Part shown: positions 1 through 9,693 of the stretch, piece by piece | How positions within the stretch are numbered: position 1 is the first letter of the stretch | Layout: each line of letters begins with the position of its first letter | NCBI GenBank assembly: GCA_018818205.1 | Contig: JAHISJ010000012.1 | Location: 21,523 to 85,522, forward strand | DNA length: 64,000 nucleotides | Source: Patescibacteria group bacterium | GTDB lineage: Bacteria > Patescibacteriota > JABMPQ01 > JAHIRA01 | Direction: 5' to 3' | Program-made: the position numbers and the translations under genes | Notes under the pieces: generated by a model | Told to the model about the DNA's origin: nothing | What the model saw: the letters and a program-made list of their open reading frames with translations, nothing else | The model's database searches: none

Positions 1-2093
1 TACTGTTTAAACGATACAAAATCGACACGTCGTTTATTCAAGAGCAATTGGAAAATATCCTAGAGAGTACCGCAAAATTTTCTGATATGACCACCATGTT
101 TAGCCTGGGAAAAAAGAAAACAATGGATTCTCAGTCAGCGCTTAAAGAATATTGCGATGACCTAACCACAAAAAAAGCGGTAGTCTCTATTGATCCGGTC
201 ATTGGAAGAAAAAACGAAATAAAACGAATTATTCATATCTTGGGAAGACGAAACAAAAACAACGTACTTGTCGTTGGCGAGCCGGGCGTTGGCAAAACGG
301 TGCTTATTGAAGGCCTCGCCAAAAAAATAGTTGAGGGAGATGTGCCTCCTATTTTAAAAAAGAAAAAAATACTACGTCTTGATCTTGCGAAGATTATTGC
401 AGGGACCATGTTTAGAGGTGAATTTGAAGGACGTCTAAAAAGCTTAATTGACGCTGCACAAAAAAATCCTGATGTTATCATTTTTGTTGATGAAATTCAC
501 TCGATTATTGGTCTTGGCAATGCGCAAGGGAGCCTTGACGCAAATAATATCTTAAAGCCTGCGCTTACATCGGGAGCGTTTCAATGCCTTGGCACTACTA
601 CCTTTGATGAGTATAGAAAACATATAGAAAATGATTCCGCTTTTGAGAGACGATTCCAGATGGTTAAGGTAGAAGAACCTACACCAAAGGAAACAAAAGA
701 AATACTGAGCGGCATCAAAGATGAGTACGAATCGTACCATCAAGTAGCCTTTACGCCAGGAGCGGTTGATAGCGCAATAGCACTTTCTGAGAGATACATG
801 CCTGAGAAAAGGTTTCCTGATAAAGCGATTGATGTTCTTGATGAGGCTGCCGCACACATTAATATCACCAGTTTTGACAACACGCTCTATGAAAAGATTG
901 AGAAAAAAAGAAAAGAACGAGAAGCAATCCATGAAAAGAAAAATACCATGGTCGTAGAGGAAAACTTTCAGGAAGCGCTTAAGCTCCAGGCAAAACAACA
1001 ACAAGTCGAAAAAGAACTGAAAACCTTACAAAGTAAGGAAAAGAAAAATAAGAAGAACTGGCCACAGATTGATGAGGAACACATCGCGGAGGCAGTCTCT
1101 GCGGCAACGGGAATTCCACTACAATCAATGCTTAAAACTGAAAAAGAAAAGCTTTTGAAGCTAGAAGGAACGCTCAAGAAAAAGATTGTCGGTCAGGATG
1201 AGGCGGTAAAAACAATCGCACAGTTTATTAGACGCGCAAAATCAGGATTAAAACATCCCAATAGACCAATTGGCTCTTTTATGTTTTTAGGTCCCACGGG
1301 AACAGGAAAAACAGAGCTTGCAAAAGTTATTGCCAAAGAGATATTTGAGGATAAAGATGCGCTTATCAGAATCGACATGTCTGAGTTTTCAGAAAAATTC
1401 AACGCGTCTAAATTAATTGGCGCACCTGCCGGATATATTGGTTTTGAAGAAGGCGGAAAGCTCACAGAAGCGGTGCGAAAAAAGCCCTACTCTGTGGTAC
1501 TCTTTGACGAGATAGAAAAAGCACATCCGGATATCTTCAATCTGCTCCTCCAAATTCTTGACGACGGATTTATTACGGACGCCGCGGGAAGAAAGATAAA
1601 TTTCAGAAACACCATTGTGATCATGACCTCAAACACCGGCACCAAATCAATTATGGAAGCAGCGCCAGGATTTAAGGATCAATCAGATGAAGAAAAGACC
1701 AAAGAAACCGACTACAATCAATATAAAGGCAAGGTACAAAAGGAACTCAAAGATACTTTTAGACCGGAATTTTTAAACAGAATTGATAGAATTATTGTCT
1801 ATAAGCCACTCTCGAAAGAATCCATCAAAAAAATTGTAACGATCCAGATTAATGAGCTAAAAAAGCGTCTTAAGACTGAAAAGAAAGTGACGCTTGATGT
1901 ATCAAAAAGTATTGAAGACGAGGTCGTAAAAAGTGGATTTAATCCTGAACTTGGTGCGCGTCCATTGCGGAAAGCAATTCAAGAGATTATAGAAGATGCT
2001 CTTGCAGAAGAAATTCTAAAGGAAACGATTTCTGAGAATGATTCGGTGAGAGTAACAAAAAAGGGTGGCTCTATAGTCGTAGAGAAAAAATAG
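1..2093 (+). CDS. clpC: ClpC-type AAA+ Clp chaperone ATPase, 5'-partial (frame open to window start)
   Basis: Two Walker A boxes (GEPGVGKT, GPTGTGKT) and Walker B boxes (IIFVDEIH, VVLFDEIEKAH). Short middle linker, as in ClpC rather than ClpB. No stop codon in frame between nt 3 and the listed TTG at 48. Confidence 0.85.
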   Translation, partial: LFKRYKIDTSFIQEQLENILESTAKFSDMTTMFSLGKKKTMDSQSALKEYCDDLTTKKAVVSIDPVIGRKNEIKRIIHILGRRNKNNVLVVGEPGVGKTVLIEGLAKKIVEGDVPPILKKKKILRLDLAKIIAGTMFRGEFEGRLKSLIDAAQKNPDVIIFVDEIHSIIGLGNAQGSLDANNILKPALTSGAFQCLGTTTFDEYRKHIENDSAFERRFQMVKVEEPTPKETKEILSGIKDEYESYHQVAFTPGAVDSAIALSERYMPEKRFPDKAIDVLDEAAAHINITSFDNTLYEKIEKKRKEREAIHEKKNTMVVEENFQEALKLQAKQQQVEKELKTLQSKEKKNKKNWPQIDEEHIAEAVSAATGIPLQSMLKTEKEKLLKLEGTLKKKIVGQDEAVKTIAQFIRRAKSGLKHPNRPIGSFMFLGPTGTGKTELAKVIAKEIFEDKDALIRIDMSEFSEKFNASKLIGAPAGYIGFEEGGKLTEAVRKKPYSVVLFDEIEKAHPDIFNLLLQILDDGFITDAAGRKINFRNTIVIMTSNTGTKSIMEAAPGFKDQSDEEKTKETDYNQYKGKVQKELKDTFRPEFLNRIDRIIVYKPLSKESIKKIVTIQINELKKRLKTEKKVTLDVSKSIEDEVVKSGFNPELGARPLRKAIQEIIEDALAEEILKETISENDSVRVTKKGGSIVVEKK

Positions 2094-2116
2094 CACACGT
2101 GTTAATTGAGTATAAA

Positions 2117-2146
2117 AAGCGGAGAATGGGACCCGCTTTTTTATTT
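2117..2146 (+). terminator. intrinsic terminator after clpC
   Basis: AAAAGCGG...CCGCTTTTTTATTTTTT hairpin followed by a T-tract. Confidence 0.5.
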
Positions 2147-2162
2147 TTTAACTTTTTTACTG

Positions 2163-2855
2163 ATGCAAAAAATCTACGAGTATATACTCGATACACTCTT
2201 TCCCAAAAAATGCTTTTCATGTGGCAAAGAAGATACGTGGCTCTGTGAGTCATGCAAGAAAAAAATAGCTCTTTGCACAACGTTTACTTGTCCACTATGC
2301 GGAAAAGGAGATGGCCCTACACTATGTGCATCATGCAAAGAGAAGTCCCCTCTTGATGAACTTATCTATGCGGTTGATTACAATGAAAGCGAGATTGTAA
2401 GGCGAATAATCCATGCGTACAAATACAAATCAATAAAAAGTCTCGATTCTCCTTTGGGTCATATTCTGATCACTGCACTTGAGAAAAACAACTATACACC
2501 TTCAGCCGATTACATTACATCGGTTCCCCTCCACAAACGAAGAACAAAGGAACGAGGGTTCAATCAGGCAACCCTCATTGCCCTGTTTATTTCCAAAAAA
2601 TACCAGATTCCCTTTAGCGATCTACTTACCCGCACGCAAAACACCACTCCACAAATGTCTCTAAATAAAGAAGAACGGAAAAGAAACATAGCAGGAGCAT
2701 TCCACTGTACCACTACTCTTCCTCTCAAAAACAAAACAATCATAATTGTTGATGATGTTGCAACAACGCTTTCAACCTTAGAAGCATGCGCAAAAGAACT
2801 CAAAAAATGTGGTGCAAAAAAAGTCATCGCCCTCTGCATTGCAAGAGACCGTTGA
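2163..2855 (+). CDS. comFC: ComF family protein (Cys-rich N-terminus plus phosphoribosyltransferase domain)
   Basis: Four CxxC pairs at the N-terminus. C-terminal PRTase motif IIIVDDVATTLSTL. ATG at 2163 lies after the clpC terminator; the ORF track starts at 2106. Confidence 0.7.
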   Translation: MQKIYEYILDTLFPKKCFSCGKEDTWLCESCKKKIALCTTFTCPLCGKGDGPTLCASCKEKSPLDELIYAVDYNESEIVRRIIHAYKYKSIKSLDSPLGHILITALEKNNYTPSADYITSVPLHKRRTKERGFNQATLIALFISKKYQIPFSDLLTRTQNTTPQMSLNKEERKRNIAGAFHCTTTLPLKNKTIIIVDDVATTLSTLEACAKELKKCGAKKVIALCIARDR

Positions 2856-2954
2856 CTTTACTCCCCTTTTCTCAGATAATAATAAGCGTAGACAGATGAT
2901 CTGCGTGTCACTGTTTTTCTTGGCTGACTCTGAAGGAACACGCACAGATTGGTC

Positions 2955-3208
2955 TATTGTATGAGAAAATGGAGGGGCCCCCATTAAATTCTGATTTCAT
3001 GGGGAGGAGGAAAAACATTCTGGAAGCTGGAGTGGGTTCCGAAGGCTTTGCGAAGGAGCACACGTAAGCTGGAAGAATGTATGAAAAAATGGAGGGGCCC
3101 CCGAAAAGTTCCTACTTTTTGGGGAAGAGGAGGAACAATATGGAAGCTGGAGCGGGCTCCGAAGGCTTTGCGGAGGAGCACGCGTAAGCTGGAATATTGT
3201 TCCGACGA
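2955..3208 (+). repeat. tandem duplication (2 x ~121 bp) of a GC-rich element ending CTGGAATATTGTTCCGACG, directly abutting the tRNA-Ser 5' end
   Basis: Copy A 2955-3074 and copy B 3075-3208 are about 85% identical. Both share an internal GGAGGGGCCCCC palindrome. A third copy, inverted, lies at 26565-26690. Confidence 0.8.
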
Positions 3209-3295
3209 GGAGAGGTGGCTGAGTGGTCTAAGGCGACGGTCTTGAAAACCGTTAGGCCCTTACGGGTCTCGTGGGTTCGAATCCCACCCTCTCCG
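3209..3295 (+). tRNA. tRNA-Ser (anticodon TGA), class II with long variable arm, no encoded CCA
   Basis: Acceptor GGAGAGG/CCTCTCC, anticodon stem ACGGT/ACCGT, loop CTTGAAA, T-arm GTGGG-TTCGAAT-CCCAC. Confidence 0.85.
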
Positions 3296-3424
3296 ATTAA
3301 AAATATGCGTGTTCAATTAGAAGTAAAAGCTTTTGGTTTATATCATACTGGCTGAAGGCTTTTTTTGTTGTTTAGTAATCTTGTGTCGCATACGCTTTGT
3401 GTTACTATTATACACAGATGATTA

Positions 3425-3531
3425 CCCTAACAAACATATTCTTACTTGCCAGCATTTCTATTTTGAAGTTCGGATATGATGCTAGATTTGGTATTTATTG
3501 GTAAAGAGTTCGGGTATACGCTAGTTGTATG
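3425..3531 (+). repeat. possible first attC-like site (CCCTAAC ... GTTGTAT)
   Basis: Terminal motifs match the array consensus, but the right part is an inverted copy of the E element seen at 7800-7892. Confidence 0.3.
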
Positions 3532-3893
3532 ACATACATGTTTTCCTTTCGGGGCTATCGCCCCGGCTCTTAAAAAGAATCCGATTTTGTTTTTCTACAT
3601 TACAGAAGGGGTGTATGGTGTTTTCTCCGCTATCGCTCCGAAAACAATTTTATTTATAAGGGGAAAAGAAATTCAATTTTCCAGGTTTAAGTGATTTTAA
3701 AATACGTTATGAAGGCGGAAAAATACCGTTTTTTTGTTTCAAAAAAACGACTTTATTTATAGCAAAAAGGAGATTTATTAGTTATAATTAAAGCAAAATC
3801 TAACCATTCGTTTTTTGCAAAAACAATGAAAAAAATAGCGGAGATAATAAAGGACACAAATTACAGATTCTCATTATTAGATGAGATGTCCTT

Positions 3894-4235
3894 TTGCAAA
3901 ATAACCTTATTGAATTATTTATAAGATATCAATCTATGGATATTTTATATTTAATAATTCCTTCGGTAATTGCTTTTGCAATTATATACTATACCGTTTA
4001 TTACCTTCTCTCTTTAAGAGAACAAAAAATTAGAGATAAGGTGGCCAATGAATTGCTGAGCGATTTTGACTATGAAAAAGAAAAAAAGGAAATTAAATCC
4101 TATGCAAATCTTTTCCAGGTAATTCAAATGTGTCCTATTTGTATCTCATCTTTGGTCTTAAGAGATGGAAAATATGGAGAATTTTGGGGTTGCTCAAGCT
4201 TTCCAAAATGTAGATTTACTAAGAACAAATTTTAA
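3894..4235 (+). CDS. membrane protein with C-terminal topoisomerase-type C4 zinc ribbon
   Basis: N-terminal TM helix and C-terminal CPICISSL...GEFWGCSSFPKC. The stop overlaps the ATG of the next gene. Confidence 0.55.
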   Translation: MQNNLIELFIRYQSMDILYLIIPSVIAFAIIYYTVYYLLSLREQKIRDKVANELLSDFDYEKEKKEIKSYANLFQVIQMCPICISSLVLRDGKYGEFWGCSSFPKCRFTKNKF

Positions 4236-4236
4236 A

Positions 4237-5355
4237 ATGGGCTATTACGAAGACAAAAAACAAGAGTTAGAAGAGTTACTTATCCTAATAAAGGGCGAAA
4301 AAGAGAAGTTAAGAGTTGCTGCACTAAGCGAAAGAAAACAACTAGACGAAGAATTAGAGAAATGTGAAATGATTGAAAATGGTGTAAAGCAACTTACTAA
4401 AGAACGACAAATTGGATTCCCTTGGTTAGCGAAGGCATATGAAGAATTGTTTGCCTTGAGAGATTATGAGCTAGTAAGTTTTCTAAGAAATAAAAGCAAA
4501 CCAGCGTTGAGGGCGAGTGAAATCGTTAAAGAGCAAACCGGGCTTAGAAGAGAAGCAGAGAGCAAAAGGAAAGTTGCTGAATATCTGGTCGAATATTATG
4601 AGTCAATCGCTCCTTTTTTAATAGACTTGAAAGAAGAGGTTGATGATGGTTCTACTGAAGACGGTAAAAGGGTGAACATGGACTATACAAAAGAGGAGAG
4701 AAGTGATGCTGTTTCGGATTATTTAACAAAAGAGGAATATAGGAAGCTTTCGACGGAAAAGAAAAATCAACTTGCTTTAGATAGATTTTGGAAAAGAAGA
4801 AAGTCAAAACAGTTTATTGGTAAACTTTATGAGAGGTATGTAGGTTATCTTTATGAAGAAAAAGGATATGATGTTGATTATGTCGGTATCTTCAAAGGCT
4901 ATGAAGACTTAGGCAGGGACTTAATTTGTGAAAATAAAGATGAAATGGTAGTTATTCAATGTAAAAATTGGTCTAAGTTTAGAACTATTTATGAAAAACA
5001 CATCTTTCAATTTTTTGGAACCGTTTTTCAATATGAAGATGAAAATCCAAATAAGAAAATTAGGGCAATTTTTTACACCTCGACAAGCTTATCAGATTTG
5101 GCTTCAAGATTTGCAAAAAAGCTCGGAATTGAATTAATCGAAAACTTCAAATTAGATCAAAATTATCCATCAATAAAGTGCAATATTTCCAGATCTTCTG
5201 GGGATAAAATTTATCATTTACCCTTTGATCAGCAATATGATAAAACGAAAATAGAAAAAGATAAGGATGAGTTTTATTGTAAAACGATAAAGGAGGCAGA
5301 GAGAGCGGGATTTAGAAGAGCTTTTCGTTATTCGAAATTAGGTAGTCGGAAATAA
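4237..5355 (+). CDS. Mrr-cat type restriction endonuclease domain protein
   Basis: C-terminal block YERYVGYLYEEKGYDVDYVG...DLGRDLICENKDEMVVIQCKNW matches the Mrr-like PD-(D/E)xK pattern. The ORF track starts at 4165; ATG 4237 is coupled to the upstream stop. Confidence 0.55.
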   Translation: MGYYEDKKQELEELLILIKGEKEKLRVAALSERKQLDEELEKCEMIENGVKQLTKERQIGFPWLAKAYEELFALRDYELVSFLRNKSKPALRASEIVKEQTGLRREAESKRKVAEYLVEYYESIAPFLIDLKEEVDDGSTEDGKRVNMDYTKEERSDAVSDYLTKEEYRKLSTEKKNQLALDRFWKRRKSKQFIGKLYERYVGYLYEEKGYDVDYVGIFKGYEDLGRDLICENKDEMVVIQCKNWSKFRTIYEKHIFQFFGTVFQYEDENPNKKIRAIFYTSTSLSDLASRFAKKLGIELIENFKLDQNYPSIKCNISRSSGDKIYHLPFDQQYDKTKIEKDKDEFYCKTIKEAERAGFRRAFRYSKLGSRK

Positions 5356-5405
5356 GAAGATTAAAATTTATCAGATGAAAATTAAAGAGAAAGAGGATAC
5401 TTGGA

Positions 5406-6344
5406 ATGAAAAACTCAATAATCAAATTAGTGAAAGATGAGATTAGGTGGCTTCTAAATTGCAGGTTTTTCTGGATTTTCACAATTATCATTTTAATAAT
5501 TTCTCTTATACTGGAAATTCTTCTTGATTTTGTGAGTGTGCTTGCTAAAGGAATTTTGAAATATTTCATTTTATGCCAAGGTGAGGGAATCGAAGTAAAA
5601 ATAGGTCTTGTGATTGCAATAGGTGCATTATTTGTTGGCATCCAAGAATATATTAGGAAGGATAAAGAAAAGCGTGAATTGCAAAAACAGCATAAGAGAG
5701 CTATTTTAAACGCAATAAAACAGGAACTCTCAATAATGGGTAGCTGGTTAAGAACTGATTATACAAAAGAAAAACTTAATTCTGATAAGAATTATCGGTG
5801 GCATCCTTTTTCTATGGTTCTTCACCCAACAGGCTCAAACTACACTGTTAGGTCTATAGATCCTATCAAATCATATTTATTTTCTGATGATTATATTTTC
5901 GCATTAGTAAAATTTAACCAATATGTTGAAAATTTTCGGAGATTAATTGAAAGAGACATGCTTTATTCTTTTTCTTTTCCTGTACTTCTGCTTCGAGCAG
6001 AAGAAATATTAGACAAAAAAAATCACAAAGCCGCTGATTATATTGATGATTTAAGAGAAAAAAAGAATAAGAAAAAGAAATTAAATCTAGTAGAACTATT
6101 TATTGTGAAAAAGCAGGAATCTATGTTTGCTGTTCATATTGATGGAATAGGTGAGAAATCATGTGAATCGCTTTGCAAGAGTTTTCATGAACTTGAAGAT
6201 TTGACTGAAAAAGAAATCAACAATATTAATGATAATCAAGGATTTAATAAACCAAACTATTTTATTTTTGTTTATTTATTTCAACTTATTTTAATTTCGT
6301 TTGTAATACTTTTATTTATATCTTTATACATCTGCTTTAGTTGA
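5406..6344 (+). CDS. hypothetical membrane protein (TM segments at both ends)
   Basis: Hydrophobic N- and C-termini. No recognisable catalytic motif. Confidence 0.4.
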   Translation: MKNSIIKLVKDEIRWLLNCRFFWIFTIIILIISLILEILLDFVSVLAKGILKYFILCQGEGIEVKIGLVIAIGALFVGIQEYIRKDKEKRELQKQHKRAILNAIKQELSIMGSWLRTDYTKEKLNSDKNYRWHPFSMVLHPTGSNYTVRSIDPIKSYLFSDDYIFALVKFNQYVENFRRLIERDMLYSFSFPVLLLRAEEILDKKNHKAADYIDDLREKKNKKKKLNLVELFIVKKQESMFAVHIDGIGEKSCESLCKSFHELEDLTEKEINNINDNQGFNKPNYFIFVYLFQLILISFVILLFISLYICFS

Positions 6345-6356
6345 AAACAATAGAAA

Positions 6357-6968
6357 ATGGGCAAAAACCAAAAAGAGATAATAGAGAAGTTCAAAAAATT
6401 TACAAGGTGGATGCAAGGTGACATAGAAAAAGCATTGTTTAAGGCCAATGCTAATTTTCTTGTAACTATGGGTATTATGAATTACATCGAAATACTTGGC
6501 GGTTTCATTATTGGTTATTATCAAAAGGATAATCAGGATCAAATAGAAATTAATACAAAAGGTAGAAAACTTGAAACTCTTACTAAATATAGGTTTGGGA
6601 GTTTTTTTTCAAAATTAGGTAGTGATTATGAAAATCTTCTAAATCAAAAAAATTTAAACGTGTATAATGAATTACGGTGTGGTCTAACTCATGAATATTT
6701 ACCTAAAAAGAAAAAATTTTGTATTTACGGACCTGATAAACCGATGGAAGAAAACGAAATAAAGGTGTTGATGAAGAAGTATAAAGACATCGAGGTTGCA
6801 ATTACGTATTCTGCTAGAAAATGGGAGATAAACAACCCAATTCTTTATCGAGATTTTTCAAAGGCCATCGAGGTATTAACAGAGAACATTGTAAATTCAA
6901 AGAAAGATATTTTTAGAATTAATTTCTTTGAGATGGCTCGAAAAATCAATCTTAATAACTTTAATTAA
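6357..6968 (+). CDS. hypothetical protein with a HEPN-like Rx4H motif
   Basis: NELRCGLTHEY contains R-x4-H. Otherwise unassigned. Confidence 0.3.
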   Translation: MGKNQKEIIEKFKKFTRWMQGDIEKALFKANANFLVTMGIMNYIEILGGFIIGYYQKDNQDQIEINTKGRKLETLTKYRFGSFFSKLGSDYENLLNQKNLNVYNELRCGLTHEYLPKKKKFCIYGPDKPMEENEIKVLMKKYKDIEVAITYSARKWEINNPILYRDFSKAIEVLTENIVNSKKDIFRINFFEMARKINLNNFN

Positions 6969-7008
6969 GAAGAAGCCTTAGAAAGTATTACCCTAAACTA
7001 CTAATAAC

Positions 7009-7758
7009 ATGACCTCCTTCTACAAAATCCCTCGTCAACCCTCCTGGAACTACCCCGGCCCAAACTGGAACCTCTCCCGCTCCAAAATCGATTTATTCCT
7101 AAAATGCCCGAAGTGCTTTTATCTTGATAACAAACTTGGCCTCAAGAGACCTCCGGGCTATCCTTTTAATCTAAACACCGCCGTCGACACCCTCCTTAAA
7201 AAAGAATTCGACATCCACCGGGCAAAAAACACAAAACACCCCCTTCAAGAAAAATACGGCATCGACGCTCGGCCGGTTGCTCATGATGAGCTTGATGAGT
7301 GGAGAGAAAATTTCAAAGGGGTGCGTTATTTTCATGAGCAAACGGGCATGACGGTCACCGGGGCGATAGATGATCTTTGGATCAATTCAAAAGATGAATA
7401 TATGGTCGTTGATTATAAGGCGACGAGTAAGGAAGCGGTTATTGATGAACTTAATGAAGATTGGCAGGATGGGTATAAAAGACAGATGGAAGTTTATCAG
7501 TGGCTGCTAAGGAAGAAAGGTTTGAAGGTTTCAAGGACGGGTTACTTTGTTTATTGTAATGGAATCACCGATAAAAAAGCTTTTGACGGGAAGTTGGAAT
7601 TTGATATAACTTTAATTGACTACCGGGGAAACACGACTTGGATTGAACCGACGCTTCTTGAAATAAAAAAATGCCTCAAGAGCAATAAGATTCCAAAGTC
7701 AGACAAAGAATGTGACCATTGTAAATGGTATGACGCACGAAAAGAATATGAAAAATAA
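7009..7758 (+). CDS. PD-(D/E)xK nuclease, Cas4/RecB-like, with terminal Cys pairs
   Basis: IDDLWI...EYMVVDYKAT gives a D...ExK core. CPKC is near the N-terminus and CDHCKW near the C-terminus, suggesting an Fe-S or Zn site. Confidence 0.5.
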   Translation: MTSFYKIPRQPSWNYPGPNWNLSRSKIDLFLKCPKCFYLDNKLGLKRPPGYPFNLNTAVDTLLKKEFDIHRAKNTKHPLQEKYGIDARPVAHDELDEWRENFKGVRYFHEQTGMTVTGAIDDLWINSKDEYMVVDYKATSKEAVIDELNEDWQDGYKRQMEVYQWLLRKKGLKVSRTGYFVYCNGITDKKAFDGKLEFDITLIDYRGNTTWIEPTLLEIKKCLKSNKIPKSDKECDHCKWYDARKEYEK

Positions 7759-7884
7759 GGAGTTTGGGGTAAGGGGCATTCACCCCTTTAATTCCCCTCT
7801 GCCCCTTACCCCAAACAGAAAAACAAAATCGGATTCTTTTTAAGAGCAATCCCGCTAAAGCGGGATAAAAGGAAAACATGTACG
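7759..7884 (+). repeat. E element (stop-proximal repeat starting AGGAGTTTGGGG...GGGCATTCACCCCT)
   Basis: A homologous copy lies at 13270-13392, and an inverted partial copy at 3525-3595. Contains an 11-bp perfect inverted repeat GGGGTAAGGGG/CCCCTTACCCC. Confidence 0.6.
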
Positions 7885-7958
7885 TCATACAACAGTGAGT
7901 ATCAGACATTTATCTTCGCTTCGCTACGATAAACGTCTGATACTCACGAACGTTAGGT
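7885..7958 (+). repeat. attC-like site (TCATACAAC ... GTTAGGT)
   Basis: 20-bp near-perfect stem GTGAGTATCAGACATTTATC/GATAAACGTCTGATACTCAC flanked by AAC and AACGTT. Confidence 0.6.
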
Positions 7959-8844
7959 GAAATATTTTTGCGACAATAACCAGAGAGTTAAGATGGAATA
8001 CCAAGAAGTGACAGTACTAATAATCGATCAATGCAGAAGTGCGACTCTGGTACTTTCTGAATTAGATAAAACAAACAAGGAGCAAGATCCTTCCACAAAA
8101 AAACACATGACTGATAAAGTCACTGAATCAATTAGTAAGTGGGAAGAAAAATCCGCTGAAATTCTTGAGGAACATGAACTAATAATTGAATTAGAACTCT
8201 TTTCCAGTCGACAAGTCAACATTGTGGAAAAAACTGGATGGGATAAGACACTAAATAATTACTGGTTATATTTAAATAAGAAAAGGAAGATTTTACTCGA
8301 AATTGTCCAAGCCATTGAAAGCAAGAAGTCAGGGATAGAGTTAATAAGTATTACGCTAGATGATATTGATAATTTCTCTGCCATTCATGCCGTGAAACCT
8401 GAAGACGTTACTGACTACACCAACAGTGCTTTTTTGGAAGACGACGTTGAAGAATGCTTTTTGGAAGCCATTGGTGAACCATACAAAGAAGCTGACTCTG
8501 GTTCTGAGACACGAGACCTATTCACAGACAAGCTTTTGATAAACGGAAAAAGACTGGGTACAGCGGTAATGTTTAAGGGTCGAGGAGTAAAATCTCCCCT
8601 TAGCATAGACAAGTGCGGATCTAAAGGGAATCAGCTTCTTAAGCTAGCGAAAAACAATGCTGCAGAGTGTTTTATAGTACAACACGTCAATAAAATTGAA
8701 CCAGATGTTAAAGAAATGCTAATTGATTCCGTATTAACAAATACTCGATTTGCAAAAGTATATGTATGTTTTATTGACGGTGTTGATACTGCCAGGCTTC
8801 TAAGGAGCATGAGGAAGGATCTTGCAGAATTGAAAGACAAATAG
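7957..8844 (+). CDS. hypothetical protein
   Basis: Long ORF with no recognisable motifs. The start may be ATG 7993. Confidence 0.4.
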   Translation: MKYFCDNNQRVKMEYQEVTVLIIDQCRSATLVLSELDKTNKEQDPSTKKHMTDKVTESISKWEEKSAEILEEHELIIELELFSSRQVNIVEKTGWDKTLNNYWLYLNKKRKILLEIVQAIESKKSGIELISITLDDIDNFSAIHAVKPEDVTDYTNSAFLEDDVEECFLEAIGEPYKEADSGSETRDLFTDKLLINGKRLGTAVMFKGRGVKSPLSIDKCGSKGNQLLKLAKNNAAECFIVQHVNKIEPDVKEMLIDSVLTNTRFAKVYVCFIDGVDTARLLRSMRKDLAELKDK

Positions 8845-8861
8845 TCGCAAAAAATACATCA

Positions 8862-8932
8862 TTTAACAGTGAGTATCAGACATTTATCTTCGCTTCGCTA
8901 CGATAAACGTCTGATACTCACGAACGTTGTAT
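8862..8932 (+). repeat. attC-like site (TTTAAC ... GTTGTAT), near-identical to the 7885 site
   Basis: Same stem sequence as at 7893-7949. Confidence 0.6.
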
Positions 8933-8957
8933 GTCATTTCACCATTAAGTTATAAGT

Positions 8958-9578
8958 ATGAAAGCATTAATAAATTTCTACGCAACAGTCAATGAGAATA
9001 CAATTAACCAACTGCTGAATTTTATTACTCAACAAATCCATATAGGGACTCAGCAACCTGAAAATCCTTTAGAAGAAATTATTATTCAAATTTCTAGTTC
9101 TGGAGGATCTTCAGACCATGGCTTGCTGGCGTACAACTATCTGCAACAAGTAAATGTTCCTAAAACTACAATAGGCATGGGCAATGTAGACAGCGCCGCA
9201 GTAATGATCTTTGCATCAGGCGACAAGCGCTTAACAATGCCTAGTTGCAGATTTTTATTACATGAAGCCCTAACCACCATTAGTGGACAATTCAATGGAA
9301 CAAAACTTCATGAGATCGCTAATCTAAATGAAAGAATAACAACTGACTATTGTAAAGTAATTTCTAAGGCAACTGACAAGAAGACTTTTAGCGTAGAAAA
9401 AAAAGTTAAAGAGGGTCAAGTGATGTCGTCAGAACAAGCGAAAAAATATGGATTAGCACAGGATTTTCAAAATGAGCCATACGTGAAGGACCTTAAGAAT
9501 CTTAATATTCTCATCATAAACAACGTGAAAGATGCAGCTGCGCCACCTCCAAAAAATAAGAACCAGGTTAAAACTTAA
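8958..9578 (+). CDS. ClpP/S14 peptidase-fold protein
   Basis: SSGGSSDHGLLAYNYLQQ...GMGNVDSAAVMIFASG...LLHEA aligns with the ClpP Ser/His regions. Confidence 0.45.
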   Translation: MKALINFYATVNENTINQLLNFITQQIHIGTQQPENPLEEIIIQISSSGGSSDHGLLAYNYLQQVNVPKTTIGMGNVDSAAVMIFASGDKRLTMPSCRFLLHEALTTISGQFNGTKLHEIANLNERITTDYCKVISKATDKKTFSVEKKVKEGQVMSSEQAKKYGLAQDFQNEPYVKDLKNLNILIINNVKDAAAPPPKNKNQVKT

Positions 9579-9590
9579 TGGTGAAACGAC

Positions 9591-9661
9591 ATATAACAAA
9601 GAATATCAGAAATTCATTCCGTTCTACTCCGTGAACTTCTGATATTCTCAAACGTTGTACG
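9591..9661 (+). repeat. attC-like site (CATATAAC ... GTTGTAC)
   Basis: Stem GAATATCAGAAATTCA/TGAACTTCTGATATTC. Confidence 0.6.
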
Positions 9662-9693
9662 CCATAAATTTTAAATAATTTTTCTCTACCGAT

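Noticed and set aside
3048-3245. 65-aa ORF with repeated RRSTRKLE spanning the tandem repeat and running into tRNA-Ser
   Set aside because: The periodic protein sequence is a by-product of translating the 121-bp tandem repeat, and the ORF overlaps the tRNA.
3296-3893. Looked for an integron integrase (intI), attI and Pc at the 5' end of the array
   Set aside because: No tyrosine-recombinase ORF lies on either strand near the array start or anywhere in the window. Only tRNA-Ser and non-coding repeats are present.
4165-4236. ORF-track start at 4165 for the Mrr-like gene, overlapping the zinc-ribbon gene by 70 nt
   Set aside because: ATG 4237 is in the same frame and immediately follows the upstream stop (TAAAATG coupling). 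The shorter model is preferred. A frameshifted fusion cannot be excluded.
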